DNA of 25,400 nt from Gammaproteobacteria bacterium. Lineage in GTDB: Bacteria > Pseudomonadota > Gammaproteobacteria > Eutrophobiales > Eutrophobiaceae. The position numbers and the translations under genes were made by a program. This document shows positions 9,291-17,216 of this stretch, in pieces. Position 1 is the first letter of the stretch. Every line of letters starts with the position of its first letter. The stretch is from positions 1-25,400 of the forward strand of contig CBDCTH010000006.1 of NCBI GenBank assembly GCA_965222155.1. The letters are read 5' to 3'. The notes below the pieces were generated by a model. That model saw only the letters and a list, made by a program, of their open reading frames with translations. It ran no database searches and had not been told where the DNA came from.

Positions 9291-10757
9291 ATGCTTATGA
9301 AAAGATACCTGGTGACACTGGTTTTTGTTATTTCGGTTCTCGCCTCTCCAGTTTACTCACAACAATACGGGTCCACGGATTTCCCGGCCAGTGGCGACCA
9401 GGAAGCCCATGCCCTGTTTATCCGCGGCCTGGTGATGCTGCACAATTTTGAATACGAAGATGCCCGAGACATGTTCCGACAAGTACGCAGTATGGACCCG
9501 GACTTCGTCATGGCCTATTGGGGAGAGACCCTGACTCATGAGCACCCACTGTGGGACCAGCAGAACCTGGCGGCGGCCAGGGCCGTATTGGACCAATTGG
9601 CCCCCAGTGCCGACGCCAGAGTCGAGAGGGCGCAAACCGAGCGGGAAAAAGCATATATCCGCTCAGTCAACATCCTGTTTGGCGAAGGCGATGCCAAAGC
9701 GCGGGACTATGCCTACAGCGCGGCCCTGAAAGCGATCAGCGAAACCTGGTCGGAGGATATTGACGCCGGCGCGCTGTATGCCCTGTCGGTACTGACCGTC
9801 AGTCACGATGGCCGTGATTTTTACAAGTTCATGCGGGCCGGCGCTATCACGGAGGAATTGATGGACAAGGCGCCAGGACACCCCGGCGCCGTGCATTACA
9901 ACATTCACAGTTATGACGATCCCGTCCATGCCCCCCTGGGCCGGCGCGCCGCGGACGTCTATTCCGAGATAGCGCCCGCTGCGGTCCACGCCCTGCACAT
10001 GCCGTCACACATCTATTTCGCCCTGGGCGACTATGAACGGGCCGGCGACCTGAATGCCCGCTCATTCCAGGCCGCGCTGGAACGGATCAAGGAAAAAAAT
10101 ATCCCTTACAACGGTCAGGCTTATCATTCCCTCTCGTGGCTGGTGTATTCCCACTTGCAGGGAGGCAGGTTCGACGAGGCCCGGCGCCTGGTAGGCTTCG
10201 CCGAGCAGGAATGGAAGAAAACCGATACCCCCACCAATCGAATCGGCTTCATTACCTGTCGCAGCAACTATATCATCGACACCCAGGCCTGGGACGATCC
10301 GCTGCTGGACCTGGAGGTCAGCCATAACAAGGTATGGCCGTCCATTATCGCTATGGATCAATACATCATGGGCCTGCGGGCGCTGCGCCAGGGCGATACC
10401 CGCAAGGCCAGGGCAATCGTTGATTCCTTTGTCCGCTCGCCCAATCCCGAAAGTAAGGCAATCCGCGCTGCCGCGCCCACAGTGTTGAAACTGTTGCTGC
10501 GAGGCCGTCTGCTCATCGCTGAAGGGAATCGTACGCAAGGCTTGGCGCTGATGCAGCAAGCGGTAGAAATAGAGCAGTACCTGGCTCCCGCCATCGGTCC
10601 CGCTATGCCCCAACCCGCGGCGGAAGCCCTGGCAGAGGTATACCTTGAAATCGGCGCTCCGCACCAGGCCCGGGAGAATTATGAACTGTCCCTGACCCGC
10701 GCCGTCAACCGACGGCGTTCTGTCGAAGGCTTAAGGGCCAGCGGTGGCGCTTCATAG
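9291..10757 (+). CDS. Secreted TPR-like alpha-helical protein with conserved His motifs
   Basis: Signal-peptide-like N-terminus; LHNFEY, DPDFVMAYWG, HPGAVHYNIHSYD, HALHMPSHIY motifs. Start may be 9291 or 9297. Confidence 0.75.
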   Translation: MLMKRYLVTLVFVISVLASPVYSQQYGSTDFPASGDQEAHALFIRGLVMLHNFEYEDARDMFRQVRSMDPDFVMAYWGETLTHEHPLWDQQNLAAARAVLDQLAPSADARVERAQTEREKAYIRSVNILFGEGDAKARDYAYSAALKAISETWSEDIDAGALYALSVLTVSHDGRDFYKFMRAGAITEELMDKAPGHPGAVHYNIHSYDDPVHAPLGRRAADVYSEIAPAAVHALHMPSHIYFALGDYERAGDLNARSFQAALERIKEKNIPYNGQAYHSLSWLVYSHLQGGRFDEARRLVGFAEQEWKKTDTPTNRIGFITCRSNYIIDTQAWDDPLLDLEVSHNKVWPSIIAMDQYIMGLRALRQGDTRKARAIVDSFVRSPNPESKAIRAAAPTVLKLLLRGRLLIAEGNRTQGLALMQQAVEIEQYLAPAIGPAMPQPAAEALAEVYLEIGAPHQARENYELSLTRAVNRRRSVEGLRASGGAS

Positions 10758-10810
10758 GCGCCTTGCAGCCCTCGATTCTTGCGCGTCTTGTAACCTGTGT
10801 CAGCGTCCAA

Positions 10811-11065
10811 TCAATCGGAGAAGAAACCGGGTCGCAGGTCATCCTCAGGGATGAATCGGCTTGCCTGCCTGTAGATCGCGTGAACGGCACCGATAGCCAT
10901 TTGTCGCTGAACGGGAACCACCAGTATCTCCTTTTGCCCAGTCATTCCACTGGTCGGCGCCCTCACAAGTTTAGCGTGGCTGCCACTCATCGAAACTACC
11001 TCAAACCCGAACCTGCCGAGGAAACGGAGGATTTCGCGTGATGTCAGCCGTTTCAGGCGCGGCAT
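10811..11065 (-). CDS. hicA: HicA-family mRNA interferase toxin
   Basis: 84 aa; L..FGFEVVSMSGSHAKL, VVPV, AIYRQA. Confidence 0.87.
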   Translation of the reverse strand: MPRLKRLTSREILRFLGRFGFEVVSMSGSHAKLVRAPTSGMTGQKEILVVPVQRQMAIGAVHAIYRQASRFIPEDDLRPGFFSD

Positions 11066-11604
11066 CAGAGCAAACGCGCAGAAGTCTCAAAATTTATGAT
11101 CAGTCGAGGCTCAGGTACAAGCCCCAACAGGATATGATCCTCGCCGTTCAGGTACAGGTCCAATGCCTCGCGCAGGTTGTTGAGGGTCTCGTCCAGCGAT
11201 GCCCCTTGAGTAACCGCCGCCACCTCAAGGCACTCAGCGACATACCACCCATCGCTTTCGGTAATGACAGCGTGAATAGCCGAGCGCATTGCAAAAGATC
11301 CCGGATCATAAACCGGGGAGGTTTCCGCTACTTGAAGTGATGATTCACCAGGCGGCGTCTCCTCTGAAACGCCACGATATGCCTTTTGTATTTCATAAAC
11401 GCCCCGACCCAGGCGTTTGAAGTACGGCCACCGACTTTCGTGGTGAGAGGGCGCGTTGACGCAGCAACGACTGCTGACATGCGTCCTCACGCTCCCTTCA
11501 TTCAGGTACGGCACGGCTCGTACGACTTCAACAAGCGTAAAAGTCCAATTCGGTTTTGCACACAGCCGGCGGGCAGTCCTTAATATTTCTTCATGAATTT
11601 TCAT
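11065..11604 (-). CDS. hicB: HicB-like antitoxin fused to an extra N-terminal domain
   Basis: C-terminal WYVAECLEVAAVTQGASLDETLNNLREALDLYL is HicB-like. Start placed at ATG 11604; the extension to 11733 runs through an AT-rich promoter-like region. Confidence 0.8.
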   Translation of the reverse strand: MKIHEEILRTARRLCAKPNWTFTLVEVVRAVPYLNEGSVRTHVSSRCCVNAPSHHESRWPYFKRLGRGVYEIQKAYRGVSEETPPGESSLQVAETSPVYDPGSFAMRSAIHAVITESDGWYVAECLEVAAVTQGASLDETLNNLREALDLYLNGEDHILLGLVPEPRLIINFETSARLL

Positions 11605-11755
11605 AATCGAATTTACATGTGTAAAATATAATATACATATTTTACAAGTAACCCCGATTGAGTCAATACCCGGATTTGCTATCGTCAGACAGGCCGGAAC
11701 CGCACAGGCGCAAAGCGTGAATCGATGTTTCAACCATCACAGGCGCTCCCGCTAG

Positions 11756-11996
11756 CCCGTATATCTCACCAATAGATGCGATGATCGCGCAGGATTTTTC
11801 CCGCCGGCGGGTGCCTGCGACCGAAAGCATAGTCGTCTCTCTGGTTGAGGAAGCACGTGCCCGCTGGCGGGAAAAAGACAAGCGAGGGCGCATCAAGCGC
11901 AGTCTGTGATAATGGCAAAGTGACATAAACCGAGATACCCTATTGACAACGATGAACGTTTTCTCTGGCAATAAGCGGATTGGTAAGATATGCGGG
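11756..11996. mobile_element. MITE-like element, copy 2 (241 bp)
   Basis: TIRs CCCGTATATCTCACCA (11756-11771) and TGGTAAGATATGCGGG (11981-11996), 14/16 match; CTAG on both flanks; internal long hairpin. Confidence 0.78.
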
Positions 11997-12003
11997 CTAG
12001 ATA

Positions 12004-12103
12004 CCGGGATCGAGGGCATCCTGCCCTCGTGCAGAGCGAGACGCCCTCCCTCCCAGGGAAACCTGTCCCCTTATCTCCTGGGGACAGATTTAAATCTGTC
12101 CCC
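12004..12103. repeat. Composite repeat: REP-like doublet plus perfect 24-bp palindrome, copy 1
   Basis: GAGGGCA-TCC-TGCCCTC hairpin, GCGAGACGCCCTCCCTCCCAGG, then GGGGACAGATTTAAATCTGTCCCC at 12080-12103; homologous to 22470-22578. Confidence 0.85.
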
Positions 12104-12160
12104 TCGAAAGCAAGGATTAGTGCCCTGATTTATTTTTCGATTAAGGCAAGAAAATGCCTG

Positions 12161-12365
12161 TTACGTTCTTTCCAGATGCCGGGAAAGAAATTTACGGATT
12201 CTTTGGAGCAGGCTCAGCGGGAATTTCCATAATCGCCTGGTCGGTAACCTCAAAAGCCGATTCATCCTCTGCTACGGCTTCTTCTTCAGTTTGCGACTCA
12301 TAGTGGGCAAGAGTCTCCTTGACGCGCTTATCATTCCACCCTGGTGGGAACCCGTTCTGTTTCAT
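12161..12365 (-). pseudogene. Small acidic antitoxin-like protein, frameshifted near the C-terminus
   Basis: MKQNGFPPGWNDKRVKETLAHYESQTEEEAVAEDE stops at 12192; removing one base near 12200 gives ..IRKFLSRHLERT* ending at 12161. ATGA overlap with the upstream gene. Confidence 0.65.
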
Positions 12366-12625
12366 TGTCTCTTTCTTCGACGACGCTTGTAAGCGCTTAG
12401 TGGTTTGCCACGAAGAGCGTAGGCTGTGATAACAAAAATACTATCCAGGTTCTCCTGTAAATATATTACCCTCAGATAACGCCCATCTAACGTTCGCCCG
12501 ATTGCGACTCGTGCACCTTTATATCCTGGGCGATCCTCGTCAAGCCACTCTAATATCTCTTCAACTTCCTGTTCTGAAACGTTATGTTGATAGATATGTG
12601 GCAGTCCTGTTTTCGGATCGATGAA
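12362..12625 (-). pseudogene. DUF4258/BrnT-like toxin lacking its start codon
   Basis: Not in the ORF track. Reads FIDPKTGLPHIYQHNVSEQEVEEIL..AIGRTLDGRYLRVIY..FVITAYALRGK..RRRRKRQ*; no ATG/GTG/TTG before the in-frame stop at 12665-12667. Confidence 0.72.
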
Positions 12626-12663
12626 CTTGCCAAAATCGGCTTTCCGGTTTGTGACGGTATAAG

Positions 12664-12702
12664 TTTACATCAAATACATATATGGTGCATAATCGCACCA
12701 TA
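12664..12702 (+). promoter_or_regulatory. Promoter/operator of the parD remnant
   Basis: TTTACA-18 nt-CATAAT overlapped by the inverted repeat TATGGTGC-N6-GCACCATA (12681-12702). Confidence 0.5.
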
Positions 12703-12729
12703 GTCAGATACCCCACGAAAGACAACGCC

Positions 12730-12812
12730 ATGCCAAGAAAGAGCATTACCTTTACACATGCCCATGATGAATGGTAAAAGCCCAGGTCGCCAGTGGCCAA
12801 TAAAGGTAATGG
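12730..12812 (+). pseudogene. ParD (CC2985-like RHH) antitoxin remnant
   Basis: MPRKSITFTHAHDEW then TAA; adding one base restores ..KAQVASGQ, resembling the recalled ParD N-terminus. The rest of the gene and ParE are absent. Confidence 0.6.
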
Positions 12813-12888
12813 TTTCAATGTTTGACTTGATTTCTCCCTGTGGCATGGTTTTCAACCCGGCCGGGATACGTACTGCGAAGGTGTGTTC

Positions 12889-13080
12889 GATCATAAATGG
12901 GACTTGCGCCGTGACGCACCGAGAAAGCCCTTCGAGACGTTCAAGTTTCTCGGCTTGAAAGCGGGGATGATGGTCATGGACGTGGGCGCTGGCGCCGGTT
13001 AAACCACGGAGATGCTGGCCGCGGCGGTGGGTCCCGAGGGTAAGGTCTATTCACAAAACCGCGCACGGGTGCTGTACAAT
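12889..13080 (+). pseudogene. Class I SAM-dependent methyltransferase fragment
   Basis: DLRRDAPRKPFETFKFLGLKAGMMVMDVGAGAG*TTEMLAAAVGPEGKVYSQN; TAA at 13000-13002 where Tyr is expected; both ends missing. Confidence 0.75.
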
Positions 13081-13090
13081 AGAGGGACAT

Positions 13091-13384
13091 ATGAACAGAG
13101 ATGAAGTCCTGGACTTGCTCCAGGCACACAAAAAGATCCTTTCTCAACGCTTTGGTGTCAGCGCGCTGACATTGTTCGGTTCAATCGCTCGAGACCAGGC
13201 CAAAGACGATAGCGATGTTGATATTCTGGTTCGTTTCGGAGGGCCGGCAACATCAAAAGCATACTTCGGGGTGCAGTTTTACCTCGAAGACCTGTTAGGG
13301 CGTCCTGTAGACCTGGTCACCGATAAAGCCTTGCGAGCGGAATTCCGTCCTTATGTGGAGAGAGAAGCGATCAATGTTTTGTGA
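13091..13384 (+). CDS. Minimal nucleotidyltransferase (MntA-type antitoxin)
   Basis: LFGSIARDQA..DSDVDILV, LEDLLGRPVDLVT; RBS GAGGG. Confidence 0.9.
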   Translation: MNRDEVLDLLQAHKKILSQRFGVSALTLFGSIARDQAKDDSDVDILVRFGGPATSKAYFGVQFYLEDLLGRPVDLVTDKALRAEFRPYVEREAINVL

Positions 13385-13418
13385 AGCCGAAGAACAGCGC
13401 AATTGGCACTTGTACCTA
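13374..13418 (+). pseudogene. HepT/DUF86 toxin N-terminal stub
   Basis: MFCEAEEQRNWHLYL overlaps the mntA end as expected for the cognate HEPN gene; similarity stops at the rloB stop codon. Confidence 0.55.
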
Positions 13419-13846
13419 AATCAAGGTAATGGCTTGCAAAAAGGCTTTCAGTTCTGGTTCGGCAATCATTGCCTGCCTGACCTCTTTTATTCCGATACGC
13501 TGGCTTAACTTTTTTCTTGTCATCGGTTTGCCGTATTCAGGCCACGCTTTTATGAGGGCTTTTTCGGCTGGCTACCCATAGGGGCCTGATCCTGGTCCAG
13601 CAGGATAAAACGTTTCGAATATGAGGTCCGTACCTTCTCTGCTTGTTTTATCTTCTTAATGGCGCGTTTTACAAGCGCTAGGGGGTTGCCTGCGCCAGGT
13701 GTCAGTGACTTGACATCAAGATATACCGGTACCCGTAACTCCTGGGCCAGTTTGTTCAGGAGTTGCCCGTATGCTTGTTCGGATTTGCCCTCACATCCAA
13801 AAAAGAACCGTCTTCTTTGTGGCTTTTGCTGATAATTCCTTCTCAT
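13416..13846 (-). pseudogene. RloB-like protein with frameshift and probable internal deletion
   Basis: GCEGKSEQAY..LLDQD N-half (13550-13846); a different frame gives AEKALIKAWPEYGKPMTRKKLSQRI..EPELKAFLQAITLI* ending at 13416. Confidence 0.7.
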
Positions 13847-15075
13847 CCGATATTTGGTATAGCTCCGTAGTTGCCCGATAAATATTTCTTGCAGAAGTTA
13901 TCATTGCGACGAACGGCCATGACATCCGCCAAGGAGAAAATTTCGGAGATGCCATTCGGGTGTTTCTCACAAAGCACGATTTCTTCCTTGGTTAACTCAT
14001 CCAATAGTGACGGATTTTGACACGTCAACCACAATTGTGCATTGTCGTGGGGGGCGTTGTAATACCAGTTCAATATTTCGGACAGGACGGCAGGGTGGAT
14101 TGCAGAATCCAGTTCGTCAATGACAGCGAGCCCTTCATTCAGGATAGGTTCATATAATGAAGGAAATATGCGAATGAATGATCGCGTACCGGTACTTTCC
14201 CAGAACCAGATCATTTTGTGGTGCAGTCCTTCATGTTCGAACAATAAGATAGGGCTGTCTATGCCTGGTTGAATGGTAATATTTTGAACACCTGTATCGA
14301 TTTTTTGAATTTCCATGTTCAAGGCTTCAAGGATTTTGGGATCATCCGCTAACACTTTGGCAATAGTCTTATCATCCAATTCGAACTTTTCCAGAAATAT
14401 GTTAGTGGAAATTCCATTCGTCGCCGTATTTAAGAGTACCTGGGAAGGTTCGTGCTCAAAAGAAGCGAGTATTGGGATCAGGCTTGCATCTTTTGGAATT
14501 TTATCGATGATCTTGGCATAACCTGACAGGCTGAAATTCTCTGAGCCAGCCACCTGACCCTGCGCATTTCGCTCGAATACACGCTTCCATTTACCCCGTC
14601 CTGCTTCTTTCTGTTTCAGCACTTCGTAAAATACTTTTCTCGCCCCAGTGTTATCAGGCCTGAATTCAACTTCATAACGATAGATCCCATGTGAAACAGA
14701 CGATATATCGTTGATTGCATTCTCAATAGTTTGTTTATTGAGAGTCATGATATCGCCCATTTCGAAAGCTATCCGGATTGGTTGAGTTTGAGATGCAGGA
14801 TCATTGAAAGGCAGACAAAGATCAGGTACTCCAGGTCTGTGATGACTTTGTGTGATAAAAAAAGGTACAAAAGTCAACGCTCTCAAAACTGTGGATTTAC
14901 CTGATCCGTTGGCTCCAAAAAAAGCTGCCACCCTGGGAACTCTGATATCAGAGCCGTAGAAAATCGGTACCAGACGGCCGTCATCTTCATGAGGTACTGT
15001 CTGCGGTACAGTCAGGTCCAGGACCTGAGGGTCACGAAAACAGTGGAAATTTTCAAACTCCAATCGATAAAGCAT
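13843..15075 (-). CDS. AAA_21 / RloA-like ABC-type ATPase
   Basis: Walker A GANGSGKS, ESTGT signature, VIDELDSAIHP Walker B, YLSGNYGAIP C-terminus; AT-richer than its flanks; ATGA overlap with rloB. Confidence 0.88.
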   Translation of the reverse strand: MLYRLEFENFHCFRDPQVLDLTVPQTVPHEDDGRLVPIFYGSDIRVPRVAAFFGANGSGKSTVLRALTFVPFFITQSHHRPGVPDLCLPFNDPASQTQPIRIAFEMGDIMTLNKQTIENAINDISSVSHGIYRYEVEFRPDNTGARKVFYEVLKQKEAGRGKWKRVFERNAQGQVAGSENFSLSGYAKIIDKIPKDASLIPILASFEHEPSQVLLNTATNGISTNIFLEKFELDDKTIAKVLADDPKILEALNMEIQKIDTGVQNITIQPGIDSPILLFEHEGLHHKMIWFWESTGTRSFIRIFPSLYEPILNEGLAVIDELDSAIHPAVLSEILNWYYNAPHDNAQLWLTCQNPSLLDELTKEEIVLCEKHPNGISEIFSLADVMAVRRNDNFCKKYLSGNYGAIPNIG

Positions 15076-15104
15076 GAGAATATAAATACAATTTATGGCT
15101 GTAT

Positions 15105-15133
15105 AATATAGTATCTTAACAAGATTTTGTCAA
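15105..15133 (-). promoter_or_regulatory. Sigma70 promoter of the ATPase-rloB operon
   Basis: TTGACA-17 nt-TATATT on the minus strand, 30 nt upstream of the ATG; bracketed by 11-bp inverted repeats TATAAATACAA (15081-15091) and TTGTATTTATA (15136-15146). Confidence 0.65.
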
Positions 15134-15274
15134 TATTGTATTTATACAGTTATTCTATTGGTCTGTTATGAAAAATAAAGCTCCTGGCCATTCTCTAACG
15201 AAGATTATCATGGAGAACCAGCACTGTGTTAAGATACGCGGCCAACAATAAGGAAAACATCAAGGTCATCCCAC

Positions 15275-16975
15275 ATGAAAATCATTCACCATTCCGTTGT
15301 TGTTATTACCCTCCTCTACTGTCTTGCGGCCTGCACCGGCCCTGATTCAGGTACTTCCGGTGGAGCAGATTCACGGCCGAATGTGCTGCTTATCGTTGTG
15401 GATGACATGGCATTCAATGATCTTGGTCTGTTCGGAAGTGAGATCAGGACGCCCAATATTGATGCCCTGGCGCGGGAAGGGGTATTTCTCACCAATTTTC
15501 ACGTGGCGCCGAACTGTTCGCCCACCCGGGCGATGCTGTTTTCCGGCACCGACAGTCACAATGCCGGGCTCGGCAACATGGCGGAAGACCTGTCACCGAA
15601 CCAGAAAGGCAACCCGGGTTATGAGGGTTACCTGAACTTCCAGGTCGCGGCGCTCTCCGAACTATTCCTGGACGCCGGCTACCACACCTACATGACCGGC
15701 AAGTGGCACCTTGGGCTGACGCAAGAAACCAGCCCGGCGGCGCGGGGTTTTGAAAAATCCTATACCTTGCTGCAGGGCGGCGCTGGCGCCTTTGCCAACA
15801 TGGTGCCGATCGTCGGCCCCGGCAAAGCCCTTTATCAGGAAAACAACGTAAAACTTGAAGAGTTGCCGGAAGATTTTTATTCCACCCGGTTCTACACCGA
15901 CCGCATGCAGGAATATATCAGCGCAGACCTGGAGGACGGAAAACCGTTTTTTGCCTATCTTGCCTACACCTCACCCCACTGGCCGCTACAGGCGCCGCAG
16001 GAATCGATAGCCCGGTACAAGGGCGTTTATGATGCCGGCTACGATGTGTTGCGCGAGAAGCGTTTGCAGGATCTGAAAGACCTGGGTCTGGTTGCCGCAG
16101 ATGTCGATCCTTTCCCCAGGTTGCTGGATGAGAAGCCCTGGGATGAATTGAGCCTTGATGAACAACGTTACCAGGCCAAAATCATGGAGATTTACGCGGC
16201 CATGGTGGATGACGTGGACGTCTATATCGGCAGGATGATCGATTATCTCAAGGAAATCGGCGAATATGAAAATACCATCATATTCTTCATGTCGGATAAC
16301 GGCCCCGAAGGCCATGCTATGCAGCACTCTTTTCCTGAACTGGTGGCGTGGGCGGACGAGTGCTGTGACAACAGCTATGAGAACATAGGCAATGCCGATT
16401 CTTATGTCTGGTTGGGCCCGAACTGGGGGCAGGCAGGCAATACGCCGTTGCGCATGTTCAAAGGCTACCCCAGCCAGGGCGGCGTGCGCGCACCTGCGTT
16501 TTTTCATTACCCGCGCGCCATGCAGGCAGCGGCGCTGAACGATTCGGTAATAACCGTGAAGGATATCATGCCGACCTTGCTGGAACTTGCCGGGATCGAG
16601 CATCCCGGCGCCGGGTTGTTCCAGGGCCGGGAAGTACTGGCCATGCAGGGTCGTTCCGTCGTGCCTGTCCTGACCGGAGAGCGTGCTTCCATACGGGAGC
16701 CGGATGACTACATGGGCTGGGAGTTGTTCGGCAAACAGGCAATCCGCCAGGGTGACTGGAAAATCATCAATATCCCCAGTATCCCGTCCCGGGACGTACG
16801 CCTGCCGATACTGAAACCGGGGCAGTGGCAGTTGTACAACCTGGCAGAGGACCCGGCGGAAATGAACGACCTGGCGGACTCCAATCCCGGGAAACTCCGG
16901 GAACTGCTGGAACTGTGGGAACAGTATACGACGGAGAATAATTTCATCTACCCGGATACTCTTACCGGTTATTAA
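15275..16975 (+). CDS. Arylsulfatase (AtsA-like, Cys-type), probable lipoprotein
   Basis: LAAC lipobox, VVDD, CSPTRAML formylglycine motif, GKWHLG, SPHWPLQAP, SDNG. Confidence 0.92.
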   Translation: MKIIHHSVVVITLLYCLAACTGPDSGTSGGADSRPNVLLIVVDDMAFNDLGLFGSEIRTPNIDALAREGVFLTNFHVAPNCSPTRAMLFSGTDSHNAGLGNMAEDLSPNQKGNPGYEGYLNFQVAALSELFLDAGYHTYMTGKWHLGLTQETSPAARGFEKSYTLLQGGAGAFANMVPIVGPGKALYQENNVKLEELPEDFYSTRFYTDRMQEYISADLEDGKPFFAYLAYTSPHWPLQAPQESIARYKGVYDAGYDVLREKRLQDLKDLGLVAADVDPFPRLLDEKPWDELSLDEQRYQAKIMEIYAAMVDDVDVYIGRMIDYLKEIGEYENTIIFFMSDNGPEGHAMQHSFPELVAWADECCDNSYENIGNADSYVWLGPNWGQAGNTPLRMFKGYPSQGGVRAPAFFHYPRAMQAAALNDSVITVKDIMPTLLELAGIEHPGAGLFQGREVLAMQGRSVVPVLTGERASIREPDDYMGWELFGKQAIRQGDWKIINIPSIPSRDVRLPILKPGQWQLYNLAEDPAEMNDLADSNPGKLRELLELWEQYTTENNFIYPDTLTGY

Positions 16976-17082
16976 GCGTGATCCAATACAGTCCGGCGTT
17001 GTCGGCAATGCAGCCAGCTATTCCGCTACCGATGATAATTACCTGAACTGTATTCTCAAACGAATGTCCTGAATATGAGTCG

Positions 17083-17166
17083 TTGATCCATGATTTGATC
17101 ATCGTCACCAGGAATGTCAGTGACTATAGAGAATGTAGCATCAAATTACTTAATCCTTTTCAGTGA
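17083..17166 (+). pseudogene. VapC/PIN toxin C-terminal remnant
   Basis: LIHDLIIVTRNVSDYRECSIKLLNPFQ* matches the VTRN..D..LLNP(W/F) PIN-domain tail. Confidence 0.7.
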
Positions 17167-17216
17167 CCTATTTACGGGTCGGTGGCAAAGGGGTGGGTTA
17201 ATCGTCTCGGTAGGTT

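Noticed and set aside
12582-12958. ORF-track calls 12582-12818, 12670-12894 and 12758-12958
   Set aside because: Better explained as overlapping TA and methyltransferase remnants in other frames.
15081-15148. LexA/SOS box (also considered near 7600)
   Set aside because: No properly spaced CTG-N10-CAG; only half-site resemblance.
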